DNA of 64,000 nucleotides from a virus. Shown one piece after another: positions 34,139 to 44,775 of the stretch. The stretch spans positions 64,001 to 128,000 of the IMG/VR virus record IMGVR_UViG_3300017917_002108. The stretch is one strand, 5' to 3'. Positions within the stretch are counted from its first letter, which is position 1, and each line of letters begins with the position of its first letter. The position numbers were made by a program, and so were the translations under genes. Below the pieces are notes generated by a model that ran no database searches, had not been told where the DNA came from, and saw only the letters and a program-made list of their open reading frames with translations.

Positions 34139-34792
34139 ATGGCCGCTCCTTTAAAACACATAGGTAGAATTAAATCAAATAACAGCAAAGTTCTAACAAT
34201 TTTTAGAACATTACCCGGCGAATCAAATATGGCCTTAGTATTGCCAGTAGCCAATCTTTCAGATTCGTATCACGATTCTGTGATGAAATTAGTAGAAACC
34301 GAACAGGCTCAAGAAGCATTTGAGTTTGGAGAAATTATGTTCACCAGAACATTTCCAGATGGAAGACCTATGTTACAGGCCATGCAGGTAGATAACCAAC
34401 TTCTACGAGTTCCTACAGATACTGTTGAGATGATTCCTACTCCAGGCAGCAGTATTGATCTTCATCAATTAAATATCCTGATCGCAGAACAAAAAAACTG
34501 TGCGGTTGACGATCTTTATACATTCGTTTCCGGTGCACCTAAAAAAACTGATGCGGTAGTAGAAGATGTGGCCAAAATAGAGAATCTAGGCAGAGATGTA
34601 GGTGAACCGAATATTCCTAAACCATTAAAGGCTAAAGAAAATGAAGTTTTATCAGATCTTGATCTAGCCAAATCATATCGTAGCCAAGCAGATGCCATGT
34701 ATAAAGAGGCTGCAAGATTACGTAAACAAGCAGATGAATTAGATCCGCCAAAAAAGAAAACTGTAAAGGCAGCCGAAACCGCCGATGCCTAA
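34139..34792 (+). CDS. hypothetical protein
   Basis: SD AAGGAGG; 217 aa. Confidence 0.75.
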   Translation: MAAPLKHIGRIKSNNSKVLTIFRTLPGESNMALVLPVANLSDSYHDSVMKLVETEQAQEAFEFGEIMFTRTFPDGRPMLQAMQVDNQLLRVPTDTVEMIPTPGSSIDLHQLNILIAEQKNCAVDDLYTFVSGAPKKTDAVVEDVAKIENLGRDVGEPNIPKPLKAKENEVLSDLDLAKSYRSQADAMYKEAARLRKQADELDPPKKKTVKAAETADA

Positions 34793-35093
34793 GCCTTTAT
34801 TTAAACCTCCAAAACATTTAGTACAAGAATGGCCGGAGGTATTTGAAGATCTCTACATGAATACTATGCCTGTACACTATCTAGAAAGTGTAAGGTTAGA
34901 ATTTCAGAATGGAAGAGTATGGGAAATAAATGTTGCTGATCAACTGAATCTTTCAGCCAGCGAAATAATTGCCGATAGATTAATAGAGACCTTTGCAGAA
35001 TATAAAGATGATATCAAGAAAATTGATTTTAAAATCAATATACTAAAATTAAAAGACGATATACAAAGTCAATCAAATAATATATTGAACTAA
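34785..35093 (+). CDS. hypothetical protein
   Basis: Overlapping 102-aa ORF. Confidence 0.68.
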   Translation: MPKPLFKPPKHLVQEWPEVFEDLYMNTMPVHYLESVRLEFQNGRVWEINVADQLNLSASEIIADRLIETFAEYKDDIKKIDFKINILKLKDDIQSQSNNILN

Positions 35094-35094
35094 T

Positions 35095-36714
35095 GTGGAC
35101 AAAAAAATCAAATTTTACGATAAGAATTTTCATAGTATCAGAGAGACGATTAATGAAATAAGCGATTCGTTCTGTGCTGCAAAATGGCTTCAGGTCAGCT
35201 TACATCTTACCAACGGTAAAACTCATAGTTGCTATCACCCCCCTACACATGATATTGACAGGCAGGATCTAGAAATAGATCCTGCTTCTTTGCATAATAC
35301 CAAACAAAAATTCATAGAAAGAAAAATGATGCTGGAAGGTCAAAGACCTCCGGGCTGCGAATATTGTTGGAAGATAGAAGATTCAGGACATATCAGTGAT
35401 AGGTATTATCGCAGCAGCGAACATTGGGCGGTTGATAAAATAGAATATATAAAAAATCTGCCCTATGATTTTTCTATCAATCCCACATATGTTGAAGTCA
35501 ATTTTAATCAGACCTGCAATTTTAAATGTTGTTATTGTAGTCCTCATCTAAGCAGCACATGGCAAGAAGAGGTCGAAGAATATGGTCCTTATAAGATAAA
35601 TTCTTCATTACATAATCACATAGCTACGTTACAAAATGCAGGACTCATGCCTACAGGATCAGCAACAAAAGATAATCCGTATTTAGAATCTTTCTGGAAA
35701 TGGTGGCCTGATTTATATCCCAATCTAAAAGTATTTCGCATGACCGGTGGAGAACCGTTAATGGATGCAAATACTTTTAAAGTTTTAGATTATGTTATAG
35801 AGCATCCTAATAAAGAATTAGAATTAAGTGTTACATCTAACCTTTGCCCGCCAAAAGAACTTTTTGAAAAATTCTTGACAAAAGTTAAACAATTAGATTG
35901 TGTAGACCATCGGGTAGAATGTTATGTTCCAGATCCTAAAAACGGAAAGCCTTGGCAAGAATGGCCGCACTATATTATTGGTGCAAAGAACAAAGAATAT
36001 CACAGAAGCAATTTACCTTCCATAGAACGAAATGATATACCAGAGACCTTTGAAGGCATAGGTCATGCAAAAGAAAACGGAAGTTTTACATATCTATATT
36101 CTTATAAAGATTTTGCCTGCAAACATTTTACATTATATGTAAGCCTAGATAGTGTTGATTCTCAAGCAGAATATATCAGAAATGGTTTAAATTTTTCTAC
36201 CCTAGAATATAACATAGATAAATTTCTTTCAGAAACAGAGAATACTAGTATTAGTTTTATCAACACATTTAATCGATTAAGTATTCCCGGATTACGAAAA
36301 TATTTAGAATTGATGTTAAAGTTACGTAGAAAATTTTCTGGATCTGCTCAGAGATTTAAAGGAACCAAGAGATTCCAGCGTATATGGTTTGATATTCCTT
36401 TATTACGTAAACCTGAATGGTTAAGTGTATTGAATTGCGGTCCAGAAGAAATAACAGAATTAAAGAATATTCTTATCTGGATGGAAGAAAACAAGAGCAG
36501 TAAATATGAGAAAAATTTACAAGGTTTTAGACCCTACGAAATTGAGAAGCTGAAAAGAAACATAGACGTTATAGAAAATAACAAATTTGATGAGATAACT
36601 AAATTAAATAACAACAAAAATTTTAAAGAATTTTTCACCGAACACGATAAAAGAAGAAATACTAATTTTGAAATCAGTTTTCCAGAATTAGCAGAATGGT
36701 ATAGGAATTTATAA
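35095..36714 (+). CDS. radical SAM protein with N-terminal twitch/SPASM-like Cys cluster
   Basis: CNFKCCYC, TGGEP; N-terminal FC..KW/SCYH/CEYCW. Confidence 0.88.
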   Translation: MDKKIKFYDKNFHSIRETINEISDSFCAAKWLQVSLHLTNGKTHSCYHPPTHDIDRQDLEIDPASLHNTKQKFIERKMMLEGQRPPGCEYCWKIEDSGHISDRYYRSSEHWAVDKIEYIKNLPYDFSINPTYVEVNFNQTCNFKCCYCSPHLSSTWQEEVEEYGPYKINSSLHNHIATLQNAGLMPTGSATKDNPYLESFWKWWPDLYPNLKVFRMTGGEPLMDANTFKVLDYVIEHPNKELELSVTSNLCPPKELFEKFLTKVKQLDCVDHRVECYVPDPKNGKPWQEWPHYIIGAKNKEYHRSNLPSIERNDIPETFEGIGHAKENGSFTYLYSYKDFACKHFTLYVSLDSVDSQAEYIRNGLNFSTLEYNIDKFLSETENTSISFINTFNRLSIPGLRKYLELMLKLRRKFSGSAQRFKGTKRFQRIWFDIPLLRKPEWLSVLNCGPEEITELKNILIWMEENKSSKYEKNLQGFRPYEIEKLKRNIDVIENNKFDEITKLNNNKNFKEFFTEHDKRRNTNFEISFPELAEWYRNL

Positions 36715-38105
36715 TGGGTACAAAATACATAGAGATTATTAAAGACACCAGAGACCAACTAAACACCGTAGGCAAAGGATTTTGTTTGGCTAAATGGAAT
36801 ATGGAAACTCTGTATCTTCATATGGGGGATAACCATAGTTGCTACCATCCCAGACCTCATAAAATTGATAAATCTCTACTGGAATCTAATCCTAGTGCCC
36901 TACACAATACTCCGTGGAAGAAAGAGCAAAGAAAACTTATGTTAGAGGGCGGAAGGCCAGAAGAATGTTATTACTGTTGGAACATCGAAGATCTACCCGG
37001 AGATCATATCAGCGACAGAATGAAACACAGCTCAAATCATATTCAAACATTAAAACAGATAGTAGATGCTGGATGGGAAGCAGATTACAATCCAAGGCAT
37101 CTAGAAGTTAGTTTTGGTAACGGATGTAATTTTAGATGCGGATATTGCTGTCCTCAGGCCAGCAGTTCATGGATGGAAGAGATTAAAAAACACGGTAACT
37201 ATGATATAACTTATAATCAATACGGTATTGATTTTTTAGGATATAGTGAATTTTATAATAAAGATGATCCGAATCCTTATGTAGATGCGTTCTGGAAATG
37301 GTGGCCTGATCTACAAAAAGATCTCAAGGTTCTTAGGATAACAGGCGGAGAACCGTTAATGAATCCTAATACATTTAATCTCTTAGAGATGTTAGAAAAA
37401 GAACCTGCTCCGCATCTGCAGATACATGTGAATAGTAATCTAGGTGTGACTCACCGGTTGGTTGTGAAATTAGTAGATCATGTTAAAAGATTGCTTGAAA
37501 AGAAAGCGATAAAAGATTTTAAATTGTATACAAGCATAGACACATGGGGTCCTCAGGCAGAGTATATCAGAACAAATTTAGATATCAAACTGTGGGAACA
37601 GAACCTAAGCTATTACTTAGATAATCTTCCTCAACAAGATATAAGTTTTATGATCACGTTCAACGTACTTACGGTGACTAACTTTAGAAATTTATTAGAA
37701 AAAATATTAGAACTTAGAACAAAATTTAAAGGTTCTCCCTGGCATCAAAGAGTACAATTCGATACACCATATTTAAAAGAGCCCCCTCATTGGATGATTA
37801 ATATACTTCCAGAGTCATTCAACACCTATATGGATCAGCACCTCGAGTTCATCAAAGACAATCTTATTAGAGACCCGGGAGACATCGGATTTAACGAAAT
37901 AGAATACGAAGTGTTCAAAAGAGTTAGAGACTATATGAAAGAAAATCCAGTTGATCCTAAAAAAATCTCTCAAGGACGTAGAGATTTCTATGTGTTCTTT
38001 AATGAAACTGATAAACGCAACGGTACAAAGTTTCACGAAGTATTTCCAGAGTACATAGAATTCATGGAACTTTGTAAACAAGAATATTTAAATTATGACA
38101 AATAA
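36714..38105 (+). CDS. radical SAM protein with N-terminal twitch/SPASM-like Cys cluster (paralog of upstream gene)
   Basis: CNFRCGYC, TGGEP, shared NPY..FWKWWPDL. Confidence 0.88.
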   Translation: MGTKYIEIIKDTRDQLNTVGKGFCLAKWNMETLYLHMGDNHSCYHPRPHKIDKSLLESNPSALHNTPWKKEQRKLMLEGGRPEECYYCWNIEDLPGDHISDRMKHSSNHIQTLKQIVDAGWEADYNPRHLEVSFGNGCNFRCGYCCPQASSSWMEEIKKHGNYDITYNQYGIDFLGYSEFYNKDDPNPYVDAFWKWWPDLQKDLKVLRITGGEPLMNPNTFNLLEMLEKEPAPHLQIHVNSNLGVTHRLVVKLVDHVKRLLEKKAIKDFKLYTSIDTWGPQAEYIRTNLDIKLWEQNLSYYLDNLPQQDISFMITFNVLTVTNFRNLLEKILELRTKFKGSPWHQRVQFDTPYLKEPPHWMINILPESFNTYMDQHLEFIKDNLIRDPGDIGFNEIEYEVFKRVRDYMKENPVDPKKISQGRRDFYVFFNETDKRNGTKFHEVFPEYIEFMELCKQEYLNYDK

Positions 38106-39264
38106 AACGCCTATATACTGTGTAAATGCATATCATACTCTAAGTATTAATTCGGTTGGCACCTGTAAAAGTTGCTGTATGGCAGACGGTGGAACTGAAT
38201 GGGGTCAAAGAGTATCCGATACACCGTTAGATGTTATATGGGAAGATCCTTATTTCTTGGATATAAGGAAGTCTCTTGCAGAAGGAATAAGACATCCTGC
38301 ATGTAAGAAATGTTGGGAAGAAGAGGATGCTGGAAGACATAGTAAACGTATAAGAGATAACGATAAAAAATTTGGATTTACGCCCTCTGATAAGATCAAG
38401 ATAGTTGAACTCAATCTAGGAAATACCTGTAATATACAATGTCGTACATGCCACCCTTACAGCAGTAGCAAATGGCTCAAAGAATATTATGTGACAAATA
38501 ATATAGATATTACTTACAAAAAATTTCTAACCAATGCAAAGGTCTATAACGACTGCTGGGAAGACGATAGCCTGGTATGGTCAGAACTAAACAAGATCGG
38601 TAAAGATATAGAAAGAATAGAATTTTATGGCGGTGAACCTTTCCTTTTAAAACAACAATGGAAATTTTTACAAAAATGTGTAGATGAAGGTTGGTCAAAA
38701 AATCAAATGATACATTACAATACCAACGGTACTACATGGCACGAAGAGAATATTAAATTATTCGAACATTTCAAATATGTGGATGTAGGTTTTAGTATAG
38801 ATGGTGTGGGCGAACAATTTGAATTTATGCGATATCTGGCCAAATGGGATGTTGTTTTAGAGAATTTACAAAAAGCTAAAAAATTTCAAGAAGGCAAATC
38901 AAATGTTTGGTTTGACATCTGTCATACTATCAGTTCATTGAATGTTTACTACATACCAGAATTCATAGAATATTTTGGTAAAGATTGGCGTATATATCTT
39001 AATCTTGTTCATTGGCCTGACTATTATGCCATCACCATCTTTCCAGATGCTATCAAAGAATTAATTATAAAAAAATTAGATTCAATTAGTGAAATAGATC
39101 ATAATCAAATTGTTGGAATTAAAAATCTTGTGGCCAACGGAAAATTTGATCCGAAAATCTGGGAAGAATTCAAAAACAGAATCACAATCCATGACGAATT
39201 TAGAGGACAAGATTATTATAAAACATTTCCTGAATTTGGATCGATTATAAGGAATCACGGATGA
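38095..39264 (+). CDS. radical SAM protein with N-terminal twitch/SPASM-like Cys cluster
   Basis: CNIQCRTC, YGGEP, YNTNGT, SIDG; N-terminal YC/SCC/CKKCW. Confidence 0.88.
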   Translation: MTNKTPIYCVNAYHTLSINSVGTCKSCCMADGGTEWGQRVSDTPLDVIWEDPYFLDIRKSLAEGIRHPACKKCWEEEDAGRHSKRIRDNDKKFGFTPSDKIKIVELNLGNTCNIQCRTCHPYSSSKWLKEYYVTNNIDITYKKFLTNAKVYNDCWEDDSLVWSELNKIGKDIERIEFYGGEPFLLKQQWKFLQKCVDEGWSKNQMIHYNTNGTTWHEENIKLFEHFKYVDVGFSIDGVGEQFEFMRYLAKWDVVLENLQKAKKFQEGKSNVWFDICHTISSLNVYYIPEFIEYFGKDWRIYLNLVHWPDYYAITIFPDAIKELIIKKLDSISEIDHNQIVGIKNLVANGKFDPKIWEEFKNRITIHDEFRGQDYYKTFPEFGSIIRNHG

Positions 39265-40499
39265 AATTTTGGACTACAGATAATGTCATACAAGTACATG
39301 TAGAATTATCAACATTTTGTAATGCCGCATGTCCTAAGTGTCCTAGGTATATTGATGGAACGATGGTTCTACGTCCAGGATTAGAACTTGAACAAATTAC
39401 CTTAGAAAAATTTAAAAAATATTTTAATGAAACATTCATAAGGCAGACCACTCAATGGTTATTCTGTGGTACACACGGAGATCCAATGATGGCCAAGGAC
39501 GCCATAGACATATTTGAATATTTGTACTCTATTAATAATGATCTTCAAATCAGAATCAATACCAATGGCGGGATGCGCAATGAGAAAGACTGGAGACGAT
39601 TAGGAGAGCTTTCTAAGAAAGTTAATAATAGATTTACCATAACTTTCAGCATTGATGGTCTAGAAGATACAAATCATTTATATCGCAGAAATGTTGATTG
39701 GGCCACGCTAATTAGAAATGTTAAATCTTATATAAATGCTGGCGGTAGGGCCACTTGGGATTTTTTAGTTTTTAAGCATAATCAACATCAGATCGAAGAA
39801 GCAAAACAATTAGCAGCAGATTGGGGCTTTTCGGAGTTCGCTCCTAAAAGAGCATTAGGTTTTGAGTATGACGGAAATATAAGAGATGTGCCTGTATGGG
39901 ACGAAAATGGCAATTACACCCATACATTAGAAGCATCTACAAATCCGGAATTTACCAATCATACACCTGATCAAATTAAATCTGTGGTCAAAATGCCCAC
40001 AGAAAGTCTAGTTACATTTTATAAAAATAATAGAGATATACTTAAAGAAAAACATATCAACGAAATGAAACAATGGGATGGATTAAATTGGAACGACCAA
40101 ATATACGATTATTCCAAGTATAACGAAAAAGTTATAAATTGCAAATCAAACATTGTTTCTATGCATAAAGGAAAAGTTATCTACGGTTCAGAGATTTTCT
40201 TAACGGCAGGCGGTATTGTTGGTCCATGCTGTTATATAGGTACTCAGTTCGATGTTACCTATAGAACTGTAGAAGTACATCAATTACAAAAAAAGATATA
40301 TGAGTACGGAGTTGATAATTTTAATCTAAACAAAAAAACTCTTCACGATATCCTCGAAGAAGGTCATCTAAACAATTTGTATGCTTCGTCGTGGGATAAA
40401 CAAAATAATCAAAGAATATTATATTGTTCGCATACTTGCGGTGAAAATAGTCATATCGATCGAATCTGGAACGAAGAAGCTCGTGCTAAGTTCGATTAG
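39261..40499 (+). CDS. radical SAM protein with C-terminal SPASM/twitch-like cluster
   Basis: CNAACPKC, GTHGDP, NTNGG, FSIDG; C-terminal C/PCC/CSHTC. Confidence 0.88.
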   Translation: MKFWTTDNVIQVHVELSTFCNAACPKCPRYIDGTMVLRPGLELEQITLEKFKKYFNETFIRQTTQWLFCGTHGDPMMAKDAIDIFEYLYSINNDLQIRINTNGGMRNEKDWRRLGELSKKVNNRFTITFSIDGLEDTNHLYRRNVDWATLIRNVKSYINAGGRATWDFLVFKHNQHQIEEAKQLAADWGFSEFAPKRALGFEYDGNIRDVPVWDENGNYTHTLEASTNPEFTNHTPDQIKSVVKMPTESLVTFYKNNRDILKEKHINEMKQWDGLNWNDQIYDYSKYNEKVINCKSNIVSMHKGKVIYGSEIFLTAGGIVGPCCYIGTQFDVTYRTVEVHQLQKKIYEYGVDNFNLNKKTLHDILEEGHLNNLYASSWDKQNNQRILYCSHTCGENSHIDRIWNEEARAKFD

Positions 40500-42486
40500 C
40501 GTTTTCTAATTCGAACTGTTGATATAACCAATCAAAATCGTTGATCTTTCTTAATTGATCAGGATTGTCTAAATTATCTATACCAAACTTCTTTCCTGCT
40601 CTAGCACCCGATATGGCATACTCCCCGTAAGGCATATTCTTTCCCACAATACACCAGATATCTATTCTATCATCTGTTTCTTCTTGATAATTTCTATCAA
40701 TCGATTTACTGACTAGTTTACAGACTTCTCTGAAAGCAGATTTCCATGTATTGAAGGGATCTGTATTAAATGCAGTATAGTTGCTGACTTCTTTCATAAT
40801 ACGAATTTTTTCGCTTATACTGGTGGTCATATCAACACTATTCATATTCATATCTAACACAGCCTGCTTAGGTAGCAACTTGACTCCACCATAACCGTAT
40901 TCTAATCCGTTAATAGGATTTCTACTATGCCAGATATGTACTATATCTCTATCCCATTTGTGTAATAATAAATCAAATTTGAATTCGTCAATGATATCAG
41001 CGTCGCCGTCGACTACATAAAACATAGGTGTAGTTGACAATTTCGCAGCTTCTCTATGAGCATTGTGAATTCCTTTAACTCCGTGAACACGCTTTGCTCT
41101 AGGAAATCTAGATATTAATTTATCGTAGTTATAATCCGCATTTGGTTCATTGTAACTAATAAAAATTATGTCATAGGGCTTAAGTTCACTGGCAACGATG
41201 TCGTGCTCTTTTTTATCAATTAGATATCTATGGTCAATCTCTTTAGCGGTTACAGGAATATTTTTAGACACCAACATAAGACCGCTGTATTTGATTTCAC
41301 TCACATCTCGATTCAGAAAAACATGATTAAATTTTCTTTCGCTGCTGTTGTGAGAAAATAATGAATTAAAATCAAAATCTTCTAAAGGTTGAATTTCATT
41401 AGGGATAATCCAAAATAATTCAGTTCTTGTTTTTTCGCAAGCTGAAAGATAATCTTGATAACTTTCAATTTCAAATCGATCAAACGGTATTGTTTGAGAA
41501 CAAACGATGTTGTGTTCTTTCTTATCGATAAAAAATCTATGATCAAACTCTTTTTTAGAGACGGGTTTCTCAGTGGTAAAAAGAACTATACCACTGACAT
41601 ATGATTCTTCTTCGACAACTTTATTTTTGAAAATATGATTAATAGATCTATCAAAATCGTATTCACCATTAAACGGATCGTAGTACAAATCAAATATATC
41701 TGTATTATTGACTTCGACATCTTCCCACACGCACCAGAAAAGAGGTTGTTGTTCTTGAGCAATTATTTTTAAATAGTCTTCATAATTTTTAATCGTATAC
41801 CTATTATATCGATACCTGCTTGCGACAGAATCGTATTCTTTTTTATTGATTAAAAATCGATGATCAATTTCTTTCTTTGATGCTGGCTTATTTTTTGAAA
41901 ATAATACTGGACCGCTTACAAAAGATTCAGTGGTCATGCATAGATTTTTAAAAACATGATTTTCATTTCTATCATAGCTGTTATGATGACTAAAATAGAT
42001 TTTGAAAATCTGCTCATTTATAATTTCTGTATTGTTCCATATCGCCCAAAACATGTCGGTACTAGATGTATCCAATGCTCGAATATAATCATCATAATTT
42101 CCTATCTTAAAAACTTCGTATTTTTTAGGACGGCTAGCAACAACATTGAATTCTTTCTTATTAATATAAAATCTATGATTAAATTCTTTTTGTGTGATTT
42201 TGGTTTCTTTGGAAAATAGCCCGATACCATCATAGCTGTCCCCGTTCAACCAAAGATGTATGTAGCTCTCATCCCATTTAGATACTCTATGATCAAAATT
42301 AAATGTATTTTCGACAACTAGATCGTCCCATACTATCCAAAAAAATCTAGTAAAGGCCTTGTTCCTAATATCTTCGAATGATGCAACATTTTCTATTTTT
42401 TGAGCAGATGGAAATCTCGAACGAAACTGTTGCCAATCGTTATCATTGATTTCTTTTTTGCTGGTATAAAATATATCGTAAATCAT
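40486..42486 (-). CDS. glycosyltransferase-like protein with tandem degenerate GT-A repeats
   Basis: C-terminal domain (FISYNEPNAD, HGVKGIHNAH, VVDGDA, YGYGGVK) paralogous to the adjacent GT; four degenerate upstream repeats. Confidence 0.78.
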   Translation of the reverse strand: MIYDIFYTSKKEINDNDWQQFRSRFPSAQKIENVASFEDIRNKAFTRFFWIVWDDLVVENTFNFDHRVSKWDESYIHLWLNGDSYDGIGLFSKETKITQKEFNHRFYINKKEFNVVASRPKKYEVFKIGNYDDYIRALDTSSTDMFWAIWNNTEIINEQIFKIYFSHHNSYDRNENHVFKNLCMTTESFVSGPVLFSKNKPASKKEIDHRFLINKKEYDSVASRYRYNRYTIKNYEDYLKIIAQEQQPLFWCVWEDVEVNNTDIFDLYYDPFNGEYDFDRSINHIFKNKVVEEESYVSGIVLFTTEKPVSKKEFDHRFFIDKKEHNIVCSQTIPFDRFEIESYQDYLSACEKTRTELFWIIPNEIQPLEDFDFNSLFSHNSSERKFNHVFLNRDVSEIKYSGLMLVSKNIPVTAKEIDHRYLIDKKEHDIVASELKPYDIIFISYNEPNADYNYDKLISRFPRAKRVHGVKGIHNAHREAAKLSTTPMFYVVDGDADIIDEFKFDLLLHKWDRDIVHIWHSRNPINGLEYGYGGVKLLPKQAVLDMNMNSVDMTTSISEKIRIMKEVSNYTAFNTDPFNTWKSAFREVCKLVSKSIDRNYQEETDDRIDIWCIVGKNMPYGEYAISGARAGKKFGIDNLDNPDQLRKINDFDWLYQQFELENANRT

Positions 42487-43361
42487 TTTAGATATGTGTT
42501 TGTTAACTTAATGGTTTCGTTATACAACTCTAATGTATATTTGCTTTGACGAGAATCTAACCAAGGATAATCTAATCCTAATTCTGTTTTAATTTTAACG
42601 GCAAGGTCCTGGGCATCTTCTTCTACAAAGGTATGATTAACCTTTGTTTCATATATCTCTCTTAACATTTCAAAATCTCTAACATCGACATAGTTCCAAT
42701 CTGTACAATTAGTCATCCATGTTCCCATTCGAGCACCAAGAATAGCATACTTCCCATTTTCTTCATGTGCGCCTATAGTTGACCAAATCTTTAATCTATG
42801 AAGATTATGCCACCATATGCGTTCTTTAATTTCATCTGCGGGAATTCTTACCCCGTCAAGCAGAGTCATTTTGACACCTTCACGGAATCCTGCTCGCCAT
42901 GCTTGGAATGGACTGCCTGTTATAACTGTATCACTATACGACTCTTTAAATTGTACGTATCCATCTTCCCAACAAAAATCTACTTGAGCTCTGTCAGTAT
43001 CACTGGCTTCATGAGTCTTCATATTGAGTATGAAATCTTTTTTCCATATTTTTACTCCGCCATTCCCATACAATAGACCATTTAATCGATTTCTTCCTAA
43101 CCAACTATAGACCTGTATCTTGGGATCAGAAAAATCTAATTCTAAATTAAAAAATTTATTGTCTACAATATTATCTGCGTCTATGGTAATTACCCAATCT
43201 GTTTCGGATGACTGAGCCGCTGCCTTATGGGCTGCGTCGCTGCCTTTTACTCCGTGAATGCGTTTAGCCCAAGGTACCTTATTACATAGATCCGCATAAT
43301 GCAGATCTGCATTAGGTTCGTCGTAACTCAAAAAGAATAGATCTAACTCAACAGCTTTCAT
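42483..43361 (-). CDS. GT-A (GT2-like) glycosyltransferase
   Basis: FLSYDEPNAD, HGVKGSDAAH, DxD motif IDADN, YGNGGVK. Confidence 0.8.
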   Translation of the reverse strand: MKAVELDLFFLSYDEPNADLHYADLCNKVPWAKRIHGVKGSDAAHKAAAQSSETDWVITIDADNIVDNKFFNLELDFSDPKIQVYSWLGRNRLNGLLYGNGGVKIWKKDFILNMKTHEASDTDRAQVDFCWEDGYVQFKESYSDTVITGSPFQAWRAGFREGVKMTLLDGVRIPADEIKERIWWHNLHRLKIWSTIGAHEENGKYAILGARMGTWMTNCTDWNYVDVRDFEMLREIYETKVNHTFVEEDAQDLAVKIKTELGLDYPWLDSRQSKYTLELYNETIKLTNTYLK

Positions 43362-43948
43362 AGTTTTTCAAAAATATAATTATCAAAAATTCTTCGTGTA
43401 TAAAGACTAAATTTTTCAGTCGGTGCTATCTTTACATGTTTTGGCCTATCGATAAGATCGCCTATTCTTAGACTGATCATTTCTAATAAAATATTAGGAT
43501 CATTATATCCTGTTACTAGAAATATCATTTCAGTTTCACCCGACCAAATAAATTTAGTGTGTTTAGGATCTATTGAAAAAATTAACTCTTGATCTTCCTC
43601 GATATATTGTACCAATATGTCAGGATCTTGCACAGTAGACCATTGTTTTTCTATAATTCTATGTAACACATCATCTATTTTTATAAGATTATGGGTGGCA
43701 AATTTACTTAATTTAAAAAACTTTTTGGTCGGAATATCTACTCTATAGGAAAACAGACTTTCTTGACCAGTCAAAATTTTATGTGCTTCTTCTTCATCTA
43801 TTTTGATTTTATCTAAAAGATCTATACTGCCCTTATGAGGAATAACCGACGTGACGAATCCGTCCTCGTTGAAAATAGCATAAAATTCAGTAGGTGTTGA
43901 TTCTTGGATCAATATCCATTCGTCAAAATCCATTAGTTCTTGTTCCAT
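43358..43948 (-). CDS. hypothetical protein
   Basis: Coupled ORF in the GT operon. Confidence 0.7.
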   Translation of the reverse strand: MEQELMDFDEWILIQESTPTEFYAIFNEDGFVTSVIPHKGSIDLLDKIKIDEEEAHKILTGQESLFSYRVDIPTKKFFKLSKFATHNLIKIDDVLHRIIEKQWSTVQDPDILVQYIEEDQELIFSIDPKHTKFIWSGETEMIFLVTGYNDPNILLEMISLRIGDLIDRPKHVKIAPTEKFSLYTRRIFDNYIFEKL

Positions 43949-44775
43949 GCTATGTCCTCTAATAAACTAATAATTTCGTCTGTGATTAAATCCTTCTCTA
44001 CATAATGAACTAAATCGGTCTGATTATAATTACCGATTTTGAGTTCGCCTGTGGGTTTGAAATAAAAACCTGCATGTTCTGTAACACGATCTGCCGACCA
44101 AGGCCAATTCTGTACCATAGGCTTGAGATGAACTACCTTAGGAAAATCTAAATCATAAGATATTTCGTCCGTGATATCTAGAAGTTTTGATGATAAAGCG
44201 AATGCCTCGTCAGTTCCTACAATTTTAGGTTTCAATTTATCTAAAAATATATTTTTAAATTCTAAAGGATTAGAAATTATAAATCTTCCCAATTCAAAAA
44301 ATTCTCTAGAGATAGTGCTGTCTTTTTTAAAATATGTATAAAGAGAATATAGATTAGGTAATTCATTGGCCGTAAAAGTTTTTCTATAAAAATCGTCTGA
44401 TATTATTTCGCCTCTATATGTATAAGATTTATTGCATATATACAATTCGCAATTTTCTACAAAATAATCAACCCAATGACTATAATCTCTAATAAAGATC
44501 ATATCGGCATCAATACAAATTGTATGTTCGAAAGGAGATAATTGATCCATCCAAGATCTACCATTCCAAAAAGTCTGCTCTCTCCATTCGATTACATGAT
44601 CAAACACCCAAGGACTTTTTATTTTATCTAGTTGACTTTTATCATCTATAACTAAAGCTACTTTATCATAGCCTTCTTTTTGTGTATTTTTAATACTGAG
44701 TGCGGCAGCATAGGCACACTTTAGATAATCAAAATCTTGATGAGCAGAGACAATAATCAAATAACCAAAGTTCAT
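43933..44775 (-). CDS. nucleotide-diphospho-sugar transferase (GT8-like)
   Basis: LSPFEHTICIDADM (DxD), DEAF, HLK motifs. Confidence 0.75.
   Translation of the reverse strand: MNFGYLIIVSAHQDFDYLKCAYAAALSIKNTQKEGYDKVALVIDDKSQLDKIKSPWVFDHVIEWREQTFWNGRSWMDQLSPFEHTICIDADMIFIRDYSHWVDYFVENCELYICNKSYTYRGEIISDDFYRKTFTANELPNLYSLYTYFKKDSTISREFFELGRFIISNPLEFKNIFLDKLKPKIVGTDEAFALSSKLLDITDEISYDLDFPKVVHLKPMVQNWPWSADRVTEHAGFYFKPTGELKIGNYNQTDLVHYVEKDLITDEIISLLEDIAWNKN

Noticed and set aside
35899-36120. Possible intein in the radical SAM gene
   Set aside because: Only about 74 aa, with no C-terminal His-Asn and no recognisable splicing blocks; kept only as an insertion.
40485-40500. Hairpin GCTAA-GTTCGA-TTAGC at the convergent gene overlap as a bidirectional terminator
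   Set aside because: Only a 5-bp AT-rich stem, largely explained by the two opposing TAG stop codons; too weak to call.
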